DNA of 64,000 nucleotides from an uncultured Planctomycetaceae bacterium (GTDB lineage: Bacteria; Planctomycetota; Planctomycetia; Planctomycetales; Planctomycetaceae): positions 928,001-992,000 of the forward strand of contig CAWFGE010000012.1 in the NCBI GenBank assembly GCA_963815195.1. Direction: 5' to 3'. The notes beneath the pieces are model-generated. The model searched no databases. It was given only the letters and a program-made list of their open reading frames with translations, and had not been told where the DNA came from. Position numbers and translations under genes: made by a program. Of the stretch, positions 1 through 9,389 are shown piece by piece. Positions within the stretch are counted from its first letter, which is position 1. Each line of letters starts with the position of its first letter.

Positions 1-3000
1 GGGCTCGGCTTCTTCGATGCGGGCGGCCTCTTCGCCGGGACGGAGTTGCCCGCTGACCCAGGCGAGCCAGCCGTCCGACGGCCGGCCGTAGGGGCGGAAT
101 TTTTCCGTCGTGCCTTGGTCGTCGCGATAGAGAATCGCCCGGTGCTGCCCCAATCGGCTCGCGGCGGGGTTATCGATCAGGCTGCTGGAGTCGCCCGCGC
201 TCATCTGAAACGCGACCCGCATTTCAAACTCGCGAACAAGTTGCCGGCCCAGTGCGCGGTCCACATTATTGAACGAGTTGGACCACAAGATGACATGCAC
301 CCCCACCGCGGCCCCTTCGCGGAGAATCTCCCCGAACAGCTGGCTGGGCGTTTTGGGTTTGTCCCGGTTGCCGAATCCGCCCAGGCCGAAATCGTCGTCG
401 GACTTCGCAAGCTCGCGGTAGCGGGATAGATCGAATACCACCACGAACACCGGCGGAAAGGCTCGGCCCGTGGCTTCCTGTCGGCGGGTGATCTCTTCGC
501 GAATCGCCGCGAGCGTTTCCCCGACCGCGTGGAAATCGACCGTTTCAATTCGATGTGGCACCGCGTCGCAAACCCGCCGCCAATCGTCCTCGGCCGCGGC
601 TTCTCCGGCGTGGCCGTTCAAAAGATACGCCAACGGCAGCGGATCGTCTTCCGCTTCTTGGGTGGCCGGAACCTGCGCCGCCAAACCGACAAGGCAGGTG
701 GTCATCAAACCCGTCGCGGGCGGCATGTCGGTGCCCACGATCAGCAAATGACTCGCCGGCTGCGGGCGGAAACTCACGGCTGTGGAGCGAGTGATCGAAA
801 CCGGCTCGCCGATCCAGCCTCGAACAACCGCGGGCGGCGAACCGGGATCGAGTTCGCGCGCGGATTGGATTTGCTCGCCGAGCGCCAGATTGCGAGCCGG
901 GTCCGCGGGGAGATTGCCTTCGAAGACGATCACCGGTCCCGCAGGCAGACCTTCGGCTTTCGCGCGATCATAAAGTGGCCTGAGGAGTTTGTCGCGTTCG
1001 TCATCGCCGAGCCAGGAAATCTGAAACAGGCTGTTGCCTTCGAGCATGCCGTTGGCATCGTTGTAAATCGCTTCGCCGGGCCGGGTCAAGAGGCGGGCGG
1101 CGGTGTTGTCTTCGCTCAAAATCAAATGGGCGTCGGTCTCGCTGCATTGCAGAGCGATCCGCACGGCCATCTGGCTGACGGTCGTCCGCGCCAGAGAATA
1201 CGCCCCGCCCAAAGTTTGCGATCCCAAGAGCACGTGAATCCCAAACGCCCGCCCCTGCCGAACCAGCCGGTCCAACAGCAGCGACGCCGTCTGATAAACG
1301 CGGTCGTCCTCGGTGAAGAATTCTTGAAACTCATCGACGACTAAAAGAATGCGGGGCATGGACACATCGGGGACGTTATTGCGGAAACTTTGAATGTCCT
1401 GCACGCCATGCTCGCGGAACAATTCGGCGCGTTCTTTCAAAATGCCGTCCAGGCGTTCGAGCACGCTCACGCCGAACTCGCGGTCGCTTTCGATGGCGAT
1501 CACGCGGGCGTGCGGCAGTTTGAGCGTGGCATAGGTTTTGAACTCCACGCCCTTCTTGAAGTCGATCAGATAAAACTCGATCTCGTCCGGGCTGTAATTG
1601 AGCGCGAGGTTCGTCACCAAGACATGCAGCAGCGTCGATTTCCCCGAGCCGGTTTTCCCCGCGACCAAGACATGCTGCGATGTGCCCAGGCCGAGTGCGA
1701 GGTGTTGGAGTTTCGTCGCCCCGGACCGCCCGAGGGCGACATCCACCGTCCGCCGACTGTCGGACTTCCACACGCGGTCTTCGTTGGGGCAGATGCGATA
1801 GAACGGCACTTCCACGCGGCGGATCGATCGCGACAACTCGCCCAGCTTGCGGACGAGGTTCGTAAACTCGCCCGGCTCCGGCGGCGGATCGGGAACCAGC
1901 GGCACCGGCAGGTTGCCGAGGTCGTCGGACACAAAACTGCCCTGGTCCCAGCGAAAGACCGTGGCGTTCGCTTCGACATCGGACAACTGAAACCCGCGGG
2001 GCATCTGCTGGCGGGTGTCGACGCTCATCAACAGATACACGCCGCACCGCGGCCCGCTGGAGGCGATGCTCGCCAACCGCTGGGCCGCCCGTTCGCTGAA
2101 GCCCTGCGGAAAGCCCGCCACGACCAAAATCCGATAAGGCTCCGCGACTTCGCCGGCTTTCTGGTTGTATTCCTCGATCGTTTCAAATTCGTTCCGCAGG
2201 TATTTCTGGAACACGTTTTCCAGGTGCTCGGTGAGCTTGGCGAGCTGCTCTTCGATGTGGGCCGTCTCTGTCCAGATGCGGTTCGTGATGAGCAGTTCAT
2301 CATAATCGGCAAGATGCATAAACGCCGAGAACGGCTCGCCCAAGCCCACGGGATCGCAAATCGTCAGCCGCACCGTCGCCGGCGGCAGCGAGGACATCAA
2401 CCGCAATAGCGCGGCTTGCTGAACGGCAACCGCTTCGCCGCGCCCGCCGGCCGCCGTCTTCAAAACAAACGACGGCGAATGCGGAAAGGGCAGCACCGCC
2501 GGCAGCGAAAACGCCGATTCGCCCGGCGGACGTAACTCCGCATCGCTCGGCAAGCCATGGGGGATGCGGTTCAAATCCAAAACATACGAACCGATGCGAA
2601 TGCCTTCAGGAATTTCCGTCGGCGGCTGCCAGCTTTCTTCCAAGATTTCCGACCAGCTCGCAAATTGCTGCCGGCTTTGTTCGCCGAAGGCTTCGGTCTG
2701 TTGCCGAATTTGATCGACCGCCGCGGTCCAAGCCGCTTGCATTTCCGTTTTACACTCCGCGATCTGGCGGTTCTTTTCCGCCTGTTGCCGGGAAAGTTCG
2801 CTCGCCAGCCGATCGCGCTCGGCCTGATAGAATTGGTGAATCCGCGCGAGTTCCTGTTGATGCCAACCGTCCGCCGCGGTGCGTGCGCCGTCGCGGCTTT
2901 CGTTCGCGGCTTTGAGCTGTGCGGAGCGAGTGGATTCGATTTGATCGAGCCGGCTTTTTCGCTCCGCCTTCAATTGGCTCTGTCTTTCATCGCGTTCGTG

Positions 3001-4023
3001 GGTGAACCGATTGAGCGAATTCTCCCGGTGCCGGATCAAGGCTTCGTAGCGCTCTTCGCAGGTTTCCTCCATGCGGGCGAGTTCGGTCTTGGCGAACTTT
3101 CGCCATTGCTTGTAGTTCTGGTAGGCATCGCTGACGTGCACGCGAAACGGCGCGAACGCCTCCCACGTTTTCCGCGAGGCGACAAACCACATCACCATCA
3201 GCACGAGCGAACTGAAAGCGAACGTGACGCCGGCACTGATCAAGGCCCAGGCTTTGGGCGAGACGTTTTTGAGGCCGATCCATTCCGGCTGGACCAACCC
3301 CGCCAGCACGCCGAACGGCAGGAGCCACAACAAAAGGCCCAGCCAGATAATCCCCGTGCCGGACAACAGCCGGGCGAGAACCTGGCTGTTTAAGCGGGCA
3401 TATTCCGCGCGGGCTTCGCGGGCGGCTTCGTCGAATCGTTTTTGGGCCTCTTCGCGGTTGGGGCCGGGACCTTCTTCCAGCACGACCGGCTCGGTCCGGA
3501 AATGCCTGCGGTCTTTGACCGTCTCGACGGCTTTGTTCGAGAACTCGTTGAGTTCCTCCCAATCGGAAGACAGCCGCTCCTCAAGCCGCTCGATCTGCGT
3601 CTTGAAAGTTTCCAGCTGCCTTTTGGGATTGTCCTCGGCGGTCTCATCGACGAGCGACGTCATGATCCAGCGGTTCTCGTCGTATTGGCTTTCAATCCCT
3701 TTCGTCTCGCGGTGGAAATGATCCTGCACCTGCGACTGATCCCGGCGGGCGGCGGATTCCGCGGCCGCGGTCTCGGCCTCAAAGCGGCTTTCGATCTCCG
3801 CGACCGCTTGGGAGTATGCCTCCTCCGCGGCGGTGCGGGCTTCCTGCTCCTGGGCTTCAAGCGATCCCAAGTGGTCCTGGACTTCCACCGCATCGAGATC
3901 TTCGGGGTGCTCTTCGGACGCTAGCTCCGCCAGCCGGCACTCCGCCGCCGAGCGCTCCGCGATCGCCGCCTGAAGCGATTCCAACAGGTCCGAATACAGT
4001 TCACGGCAAAACGGCGTATTCAA
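1..4023 (-). CDS. FtsK/SpoIIIE-family membrane ATPase, EssC/EccC-like (3' end lies beyond the window)
   Basis: Absent from the ORF track because no stop lies in the window. Segments translated by hand in one frame from TTG 4023 (LNTPFCRELY...): coiled-coil N-terminus, two TM helices at ~3180-3360, Walker A GKTGSGKS at 1636-1659, YLIDFKKGVEF, IVDEFQEFF and GRAFGIHVLLGSQ motifs. Start codon approximate. Confidence 0.88.
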   Translation of the reverse strand, partial: MNTPFCRELYSDLLESLQAAIAERSAAECRLAELASEEHPEDLDAVEVQDHLGSLEAQEQEARTAAEEAYSQAVAEIESRFEAETAAAESAARRDQSQVQDHFHRETKGIESQYDENRWIMTSLVDETAEDNPKRQLETFKTQIERLEERLSSDWEELNEFSNKAVETVKDRRHFRTEPVVLEEGPGPNREEAQKRFDEAAREARAEYARLNSQVLARLLSGTGIIWLGLLLWLLPFGVLAGLVQPEWIGLKNVSPKAWALISAGVTFAFSSLVLMVMWFVASRKTWEAFAPFRVHVSDAYQNYKQWRKFAKTELARMEETCEERYEALIRHRENSLNRFTHERDERQSQLKAERKSRLDQIESTRSAQLKAANESRDGARTAADGWHQQELARIHQFYQAERDRLASELSRQQAEKNRQIAECKTEMQAAWTAAVDQIRQQTEAFGEQSRQQFASWSEILEESWQPPTEIPEGIRIGSYVLDLNRIPHGLPSDAELRPPGESAFSLPAVLPFPHSPSFVLKTAAGGRGEAVAVQQAALLRLMSSLPPATVRLTICDPVGLGEPFSAFMHLADYDELLITNRIWTETAHIEEQLAKLTEHLENVFQKYLRNEFETIEEYNQKAGEVAEPYRILVVAGFPQGFSERAAQRLASIASSGPRCGVYLLMSVDTRQQMPRGFQLSDVEANATVFRWDQGSFVSDDLGNLPVPLVPDPPPEPGEFTNLVRKLGELSRSIRRVEVPFYRICPNEDRVWKSDSRRTVDVALGRSGATKLQHLALGLGTSQHVLVAGKTGSGKSTLLHVLVTNLALNYSPDEIEFYLIDFKKGVEFKTYATLKLPHARVIAIESDREFGVSVLERLDGILKERAELFREHGVQDIQSFRNNVPDVSMPRILLVVDEFQEFFTEDDRVYQTASLLLDRLVRQGRAFGIHVLLGSQTLGGAYSLARTTVSQMAVRIALQCSETDAHLILSEDNTAARLLTRPGEAIYNDANGMLEGNSLFQISWLGDDERDKLLRPLYDRAKAEGLPAGPVIVFEGNLPADPARNLALGEQIQSARELDPGSPPAVVRGWIGEPVSITRSTAVSFRPQPASHLLIVGTDMPPATGLMTTCLVGLAAQVPATQEAEDDPLPLAYLLNGHAGEAAAEDDWRRVCDAVPHRIETVDFHAVGETLAAIREEITRRQEATGRAFPPVFVVVFDLSRYRELAKSDDDFGLGGFGNRDKPKTPSQLFGEILREGAAVGVHVILWSNSFNNVDRALGRQLVREFEMRVAFQMSAGDSSSLIDNPAASRLGQHRAILYRDDQGTTEKFRPYGRPSDGWLAWVSGQLRPGEEAARIEEAEP

Positions 4024-4072
4024 AAGCAGCCTCGGTCTCTGAAATCAAAATCGGTCAAGAAATGAAAGGATT

Positions 4073-4301
4073 GGGACCACGAAACACACGAAAGACACGA
4101 AAAAAAAGGAGGATTTGTCACGGATTGTTTCTATTCATTCAAACCGCGGATCACGCGGATTGGCGCGGATAAAATCAAAACTCGCCATCAACACGAATCG
4201 CCCGCGCATGGAAAGTTTGCAACATTGAGATTTCAGATTTGTTTCGGGTTTCGAGATTCGGATTTCGGATTTTTTCGTGTGTTTCGTGTATTTCGTGGTC
4301 C
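4073..4301. repeat. Intergenic low-complexity inverted repeat (ACACGAAA-type ~9-bp periodic arms)
   Basis: ggaccacgaaacacacgaaagacacgaaa at ~4074-4102 is complementary to tttcgtgtgtttcgtgtatttcgtggtccc at ~4272-4301. Related arms occur at ~43605-43656 and 63803-64000. Confidence 0.7.
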
Positions 4302-4309
4302 CTCTCAAA

Positions 4310-4537
4310 TCAGTGCGGATCGCAATCGCGGCTGGCTTGTTTGAGGATGTCGTCGAGATGCCCGATCGCGGCGATCATCTTGACGAGTTCGTTTTTGAGC
4401 GGGATCAAATGCTTCTCCTCGATATTCCGGCTGTTGGCATCCCGCCAGACTTCCGTCGTCTCCGCCCAGATTCGCTCCAACGTCTCGCCGGCGTCTTGAA
4501 GCTGATCGCGCCCGGTGTCCAGATTCACCATTCGCAT
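4310..4537 (-). CDS. Small WXG100/ESAT-6-like helical protein (75 aa)
   Basis: Helical sequence with central W-R-D turn (EVWRDANS), 1 bp from the upstream gene and just upstream of the FtsK ATPase. Confidence 0.65.
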   Translation of the reverse strand: MRMVNLDTGRDQLQDAGETLERIWAETTEVWRDANSRNIEEKHLIPLKNELVKMIAAIGHLDDILKQASRDCDPH

Positions 4538-4538
4538 G

Positions 4539-5114
4539 TTAATCCTCGGATTTTTCTTTGGGTTTAGGCTTGGGTTGTTCAGCGGCTTCGGGTTCAGGAG
4601 CCGAGGCCGAGCCGGCGGGTTCTTCCGCGTTAATGCCGTGGCCCAGGTAGGATTCCAGGGACGCCAAGGTGCGTTCCAAGAGGGCGGCGGTTTTTTCCAC
4701 GTCGCTGTCGAGATACAACTTCAACCGCCCGGATTGGGCGCGGAACTCGTCAATCACGCGGTGCAGCCGGACCGACCAGCGGCCGACGGCTTCGATCTTT
4801 TCGCGGGCGTATTCCTGCCGGCCTTTGGCGGCGGCGAGGGCTTCTTTCTCTTCGTAACAACTCGGCCGGTGATCGGCGACCGTTCGCATCCGGCAGGTGT
4901 CGTAAGCCGTCCGCGCCCGAGCCACCTCGTCATAGGACCGGCGGACCTGCTCTTTCCAATAGTGGGGGGCGTCGTAATCGTACCAGGCCAGCACCTTGGA
5001 CACTTGCTGATCCAAAGCCAGGAGGGCATTTTCCGCCTCACCCTGAAACACGCGCACCGCCCGATAAAACCGTTCGACGGCTTCCACAGAACTCACGCGG
5101 GCGGCGTCACTCAT
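4539..5114 (-). CDS. Helical protein with WXG100-like N-terminus (putative T7SS-associated)
   Basis: 191 aa from MSDAARV, long amphipathic helices, acidic/Pro-rich tail, located between two WXG100-like genes. Confidence 0.65.
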   Translation of the reverse strand: MSDAARVSSVEAVERFYRAVRVFQGEAENALLALDQQVSKVLAWYDYDAPHYWKEQVRRSYDEVARARTAYDTCRMRTVADHRPSCYEEKEALAAAKGRQEYAREKIEAVGRWSVRLHRVIDEFRAQSGRLKLYLDSDVEKTAALLERTLASLESYLGHGINAEEPAGSASAPEPEAAEQPKPKPKEKSED

Positions 5115-5148
5115 TTCGGTTTTCCTTTCTCCCAATCATCCTTTGTGG

Positions 5149-5330
5149 AAAATCCGAAGCACGAATCTCGAAATCCGAAACAAATTCGAAATCCCAAATT
5201 TGAATGCCCAAAACCCGTCCTTTGCCAATCTCTGATGTAAAGGAGATCCCGCCAAATTGCAGGGTTTGGACCTTTGGAATTTCCGTCATTGGGATTTGTT
5301 TCGGATTTCGAAATTCGGATTTCGAATTTT
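5149..5330. repeat. Intergenic inverted repeat with 7-bp periodic arms (AAATCCG/TTCGGAT)
   Basis: aaatccgaagcacgaatctcgaaatccgaaacaaattc versus gggatttgtttcggatttcgaaattcggatttcgaattt. A similar arm is present at ~4235-4272. Confidence 0.7.
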
Positions 5331-5361
5331 TGGCTGAGTTCGTTCTGTTTGTTCCAGAACG

Positions 5362-5634
5362 TCAGCGTTGTTGTAGGTATTCTTCGATGCGTTCCGCTTT
5401 TCGCAAGAGGAACGGAATATGCTCTTCGTTGACTTCGATGAACCGGGCCATCAGTTTGATGTTTTGTTCGAACTCCTCGCGGAACCGCTGGTTCTCCTGA
5501 TCTCGCCACGTGGCGGAGAGGGACTCCAGCCGGCTCGACAGCGTCGCCATCTGATCGGTGAGGGCGGTGTCGAACTGTTTGAGCATCTGGGCGAACTGCC
5601 GGAGTTCTTCGGGGTTGACGATGGCTTGAGACAT
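5362..5634 (-). CDS. WXG100-family type VII secretion substrate-like protein (90 aa)
   Basis: MSQAIVNPEELRQFAQML...SATWRDQENQRFREEF: typical WXG100 N-terminus, ~90 aa helix-turn-helix, central Trp with W-R-D replacing W-x-G. Confidence 0.82.
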   Translation of the reverse strand: MSQAIVNPEELRQFAQMLKQFDTALTDQMATLSSRLESLSATWRDQENQRFREEFEQNIKLMARFIEVNEEHIPFLLRKAERIEEYLQQR

Positions 5635-6357
5635 AAACGTATTCCCATCCGAAAAAACAACAACGAAACCGCGTAAAACTTGCAGACTTTCCCGCCTTTC
5701 ATTGTAGGGCCTCGGCGGGGAAACCGTAGGGAGAAAAAAATTTTGGCGGCGATCCAACAGGTTCTCGGCAAAAGCAAACATAGGTTGATGGATTGATGCG
5801 GGGAGCCGATTTTTCTCGGCTGCGGAGGCCCACGACGGGCGGGCTCGTGATTCCCCTGATCCCGTCATCGAGCAAATCCCGTTCGACGAACCGGCGGGCT
5901 TTGGTTCTAATCCCGCCCCTCCAAAATGGTCGGCCGATTATTCCTCACGATGAGAAAGGTTGGCGAAGATGGCAACTGCCAAAAATGTGTCAGGGAGGAC
6001 GCAATGCTCAAGCATGAAGAGACCGTTTAGGTCACGCTGGTCGGCATCATGGGGCGGCGGTTGACCAGGCAAACTGCCGCAATTGGAGAATGTCCGCGTT
6101 GCTCGCAAGTTCGCCGGGGAGTCCTTCCGATACCTTTCCCTGACTGCTCGCCCCGCCTTGCTTTCCCAGTCGCAAAAACGGATGGATCAACCGTCGCGGC
6201 GGGGGCGTCTCACGTCCTGTCTCTCCTGGCCATTCGGCACGCGGGCCAATACGAAATTGGATGTCGTCCCGGCCGGCACCTTATGCCGGCGTCTTCATCT
6301 CTCGGCTCTCATTTTGGAATGGGCAGGGCCGCCCCGTTCCAGTAAGGATTTCGCTTA

Positions 6358-7584
6358 ATGGAAGGTATAGCACTGCTCGCCGGCGCCACGGGGCTCTTGG
6401 CGAGTTTAGGGTGCCTGGAGGCCTTTTGGCATCGCAGGCATCGCTGCGGCATTCCCCTCCGCATTCACGTCAACGGCACGCGGGGCAAATCCAGCGTGAC
6501 GCGGCTGATCGCCGCGGGTCTCCGCTCCGCGGGGCTTCGCACGTGTGCCAAGACCACCGGAACGCTCCCGCGGTTCATCCGCCCCGACGGAACCGAGGAA
6601 GCCATCGAACGCGTCGGGCGAACGAACATCATCGAGCAGGTCCACATCATCCGCAAAGCCGCCGAACTGGGCGCGGAAGCGGTGGTGCTCGAATGCATGG
6701 CCCTGCACCCGCTGCTTCAATCGCTGTGCGAACTCGACATCGTGCGGGCCACGCACGGCGTCATCACCAACGCCCGTCCCGATCACTTGGACGTTATGGG
6801 CCCCACGCCCGCCGACGTCGCCCGGGCCCTCGCCGGGACGGTCCCGGTCAAGGGGCTTCTGTTTACCGCCGAACGCGATCCCCGCCAACTCTGCATTCTG
6901 GGAGAGGTGGCAAGAGACCGCGAATCGCAATTCAAAATCGTGGCCGACGCGGACATCGACCGCGTGACCGCGGCGGAACTCCAGGGTTTCTCGTACATCG
7001 AACACCCGGACAACGTCGCCTTGTCCCTCAGTGTCTGCCAGTCGCTGGGCATCGACCGGAAGACCGCGCTACGCGGGATGTGGCAGGCGGCTCCCGATCC
7101 CGGCGCGATGTCGCAATGGACCGTCGAGCAACACAGCCGGCGGATGACTTTGGTCAATGCGTTCGCCGCCAACGATCCGCAATCGACCGACCGCATCTGG
7201 CATTTGGCCAATTCGATGAACACCGAAGCCGACACGCGGATCGCCGTCGTCAACTGCCGCAGCGATCGCCCGGAACGCTCGGTGCAGATGGCCGAGATGT
7301 GTGCCCGCTGGACCAACCTGGACACGGCGTTTGCCATCGGCACCGGGACGGAAGTCTTCCTGAAACGCGCGCTCGCCAGCGGGTTTTCCGCCGTCCGCCT
7401 TCAAGCCGCCGAACGCCAGCCCGCCGAGACGCTGTTCAACAAGCTCCGCGACGTGTCGGGCCGATTGGGGCTCATCATGGGCCTGGGCAACATTGCCGGC
7501 GTGGGAATGGAACTCGTCGAGCTCTTCCGCAGCCGCTCCCAGAATTTCGTTTCTACCATTCATCCACGCAAGGAGGCTGCCTAA
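6358..7584 (+). CDS. pgsB: Poly-gamma-glutamate synthase PgsB/CapB
   Basis: RIHVNGTRGKSSVTRLI, AKTTGT, ECMAL, ITNARPDHLDVMG and FAANDPQS motifs of CapB/PgsB. Confidence 0.93.
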   Translation: MEGIALLAGATGLLASLGCLEAFWHRRHRCGIPLRIHVNGTRGKSSVTRLIAAGLRSAGLRTCAKTTGTLPRFIRPDGTEEAIERVGRTNIIEQVHIIRKAAELGAEAVVLECMALHPLLQSLCELDIVRATHGVITNARPDHLDVMGPTPADVARALAGTVPVKGLLFTAERDPRQLCILGEVARDRESQFKIVADADIDRVTAAELQGFSYIEHPDNVALSLSVCQSLGIDRKTALRGMWQAAPDPGAMSQWTVEQHSRRMTLVNAFAANDPQSTDRIWHLANSMNTEADTRIAVVNCRSDRPERSVQMAEMCARWTNLDTAFAIGTGTEVFLKRALASGFSAVRLQAAERQPAETLFNKLRDVSGRLGLIMGLGNIAGVGMELVELFRSRSQNFVSTIHPRKEAA

Positions 7585-8048
7585 TGGATCCTGTGACAAT
7601 CTCCATCGGCACGGGGCTGATCGTCAGCCTCACGCTTACGGAACTTTTCGGACTCGCGGCGGGCGGCATGGTCGTGCCGGGCTATCTCGCCTTGTACCTC
7701 GACCGCCCGATGACGATTCTCCTCACACTCGCGGCCGCGTTTTTGACCTGGGCCGTGGTGAAGGGCCTGTCCCGCGTGGCGATCATCTACGGCAAACGCC
7801 GGACGGTGCTGATGATCCTCGTCGGCTTTCTGATCGGCTTCGCCGCCCGGTTTTTGCTGATTCGCTTCGGCGGCGAACCGGACGCGGCGTCCTTCGCGAA
7901 TTTTCAGATCGTGGGCTACATCATCCCCGGCCTGATCGCGATCTGGATTGAACGGCAGGGCCTTTTGGAAACGTGCTGCGTGGTGCTCACCGCCAGTGCC
8001 GTGGTTCGGTTGGTTTTGATGGCCCTGGGCCTGGAGGTGCTGGCATGA
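7584..8048 (+). CDS. pgsC: Poly-gamma-glutamate biosynthesis membrane protein PgsC/CapC
   Basis: ATG overlaps the pgsB stop (TAATG). Hydrophobic 154 aa with AGGMVVPGYLAL, YGKRR and GYIIPGLIA motifs. Confidence 0.92.
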   Translation: MDPVTISIGTGLIVSLTLTELFGLAAGGMVVPGYLALYLDRPMTILLTLAAAFLTWAVVKGLSRVAIIYGKRRTVLMILVGFLIGFAARFLLIRFGGEPDAASFANFQIVGYIIPGLIAIWIERQGLLETCCVVLTASAVVRLVLMALGLEVLA

Positions 8049-9192
8049 AAGCGGTTTACTGGGAACCTCGAAAAGTTTCGCAGAAGGCGTTGATCTTCAT
8101 CTGCGCTCTGGCCCTCGCGGGGCTCGCGTCTGCGGAATTGTGCAAACGCAACCTGCTGGGCTTGCCCGATGACTCCGAAAAATTCGCCGCGGCGAAACTG
8201 GCATCCCATGCCATAGAGACGATTCGCAAGGAACGCTTGGCGCGAAACCATCACTTCGATCCAGAGTTCGATCCCGCCCGGTCCGGGATGATCGGCGAGT
8301 ACCTCACGCCCACGACCAGCGTGACGGGGCATTTGGAATCCAAGCAGACTTCCGTGAATCCCAACTTCGCGGCCGCCATCGTGGACATGCTGCAACAGGC
8401 GGGCGTGAAAAAAGGCGACGTGGTCGCGGTGGGTTGTTCGGGTTCGTTCCCCACGCTCAACTTGTGCGCGTGTTGCGCCATCGAGACAATGGGGGTCAAG
8501 CCGATCATCGTGGCCAGCACCGGCGCTTCGCAATTTGGAGCGAACCGGCCCGATTGGCTCTGGATCGACATGGAACGCTTGCTGTTCGACAAAGGACTGA
8601 TTTCGTTTCATTCCGTCGCGGCTTCTTTGGGAGGTTACGAAGATCAAGCCGTCGGAATGACCGAGGAAGGGCGGGAACTGCTTCGCAAGGGAATCGAACG
8701 CAACCACCTGCCGATGATTCAAGATGAGGAGTTCACCGATTCCATCGACACCCGCATGAAGATCTATAAAGAGCATGCCGAGGGCCGGGCCATCAAAGCC
8801 TACATCAACATCGGTGGCGGAACGGTGTCGGTGGGCCGCAGCGTGGGCAAGAAACTGTACGAGCCGGGTTTGAATCTCACCGCCACGCCCGAAGCCATGC
8901 AGATCGATTCGGTGATGACCCGCTTCGCGCCCAGCAAACGCCTTTGATTCACATGGTCGAAGTTTTGCACATCGCCAAGGCCTATCACCTGCCCATCGCT
9001 CCCGCGGAAACGCCCAAAGCCGGCGAAGGGGCCTTGTTCTATGAAACTCATTTGCACCGCTGGCTGGCGGCGGGGGCATTGTTGATCCTCGGCCTGGTGT
9101 TCGCCAAAGTCTCCCGGCGGCCCGCGGCCGAAACGCTCCCGATCCTCACCTTGCCCATAAACGAAAACGCCGCTTCGCAGAAAGCCGCCTGA
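8045..9192 (+). CDS. pgsW: Poly-gamma-glutamate system protein (PgsW-like); apparent frameshift near 8935
   Basis: ATGA overlap with pgsC. SGMIGEYLTPTTSVTGHLESKQTSVNPNFAA, SGSFP, GASQFGAN and INIGGG motifs; continues in ORF 8944-9192 with a C-terminal TM helix. Confidence 0.78.
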
Positions 9193-9389
9193 ACCGACGA
9201 AACCGCATCTCAAAAGTCGCGCATCTTCCCTGCTGGGTTTGACGGTCAAACCCAAGACCGCGGGGCACCTCATCAAGATGATGGGGTGCCCCTTTTCATT
9301 TGGGACCGCCTGCCGACTTCAAAGAGTTCCCGTTGTGTCGTACACTGTACATCAAGGCGGATTTCTCTTGGACACTTGGCGGATCGGGT

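Noticed and set aside
529..3924. Long + strand ORFs opposite the FtsK gene (also 45856-48027, 33956-35413 and similar)
   Set aside because: Antisense shadow ORFs typical of GC-rich coding DNA, with no recognisable motifs.
5970..6100. GGCAAAC / GACGCAA words resembling a c-di-GMP-I riboswitch upstream of pgsB
   Set aside because: Order, spacing and the GNRA-capped stem do not fit; an Rfam scan would settle it.
6261..8048. 595-aa ORF overlapping pgsB
   Set aside because: Only the last 154 aa (pgsC) look real; the rest is an open alternative frame.
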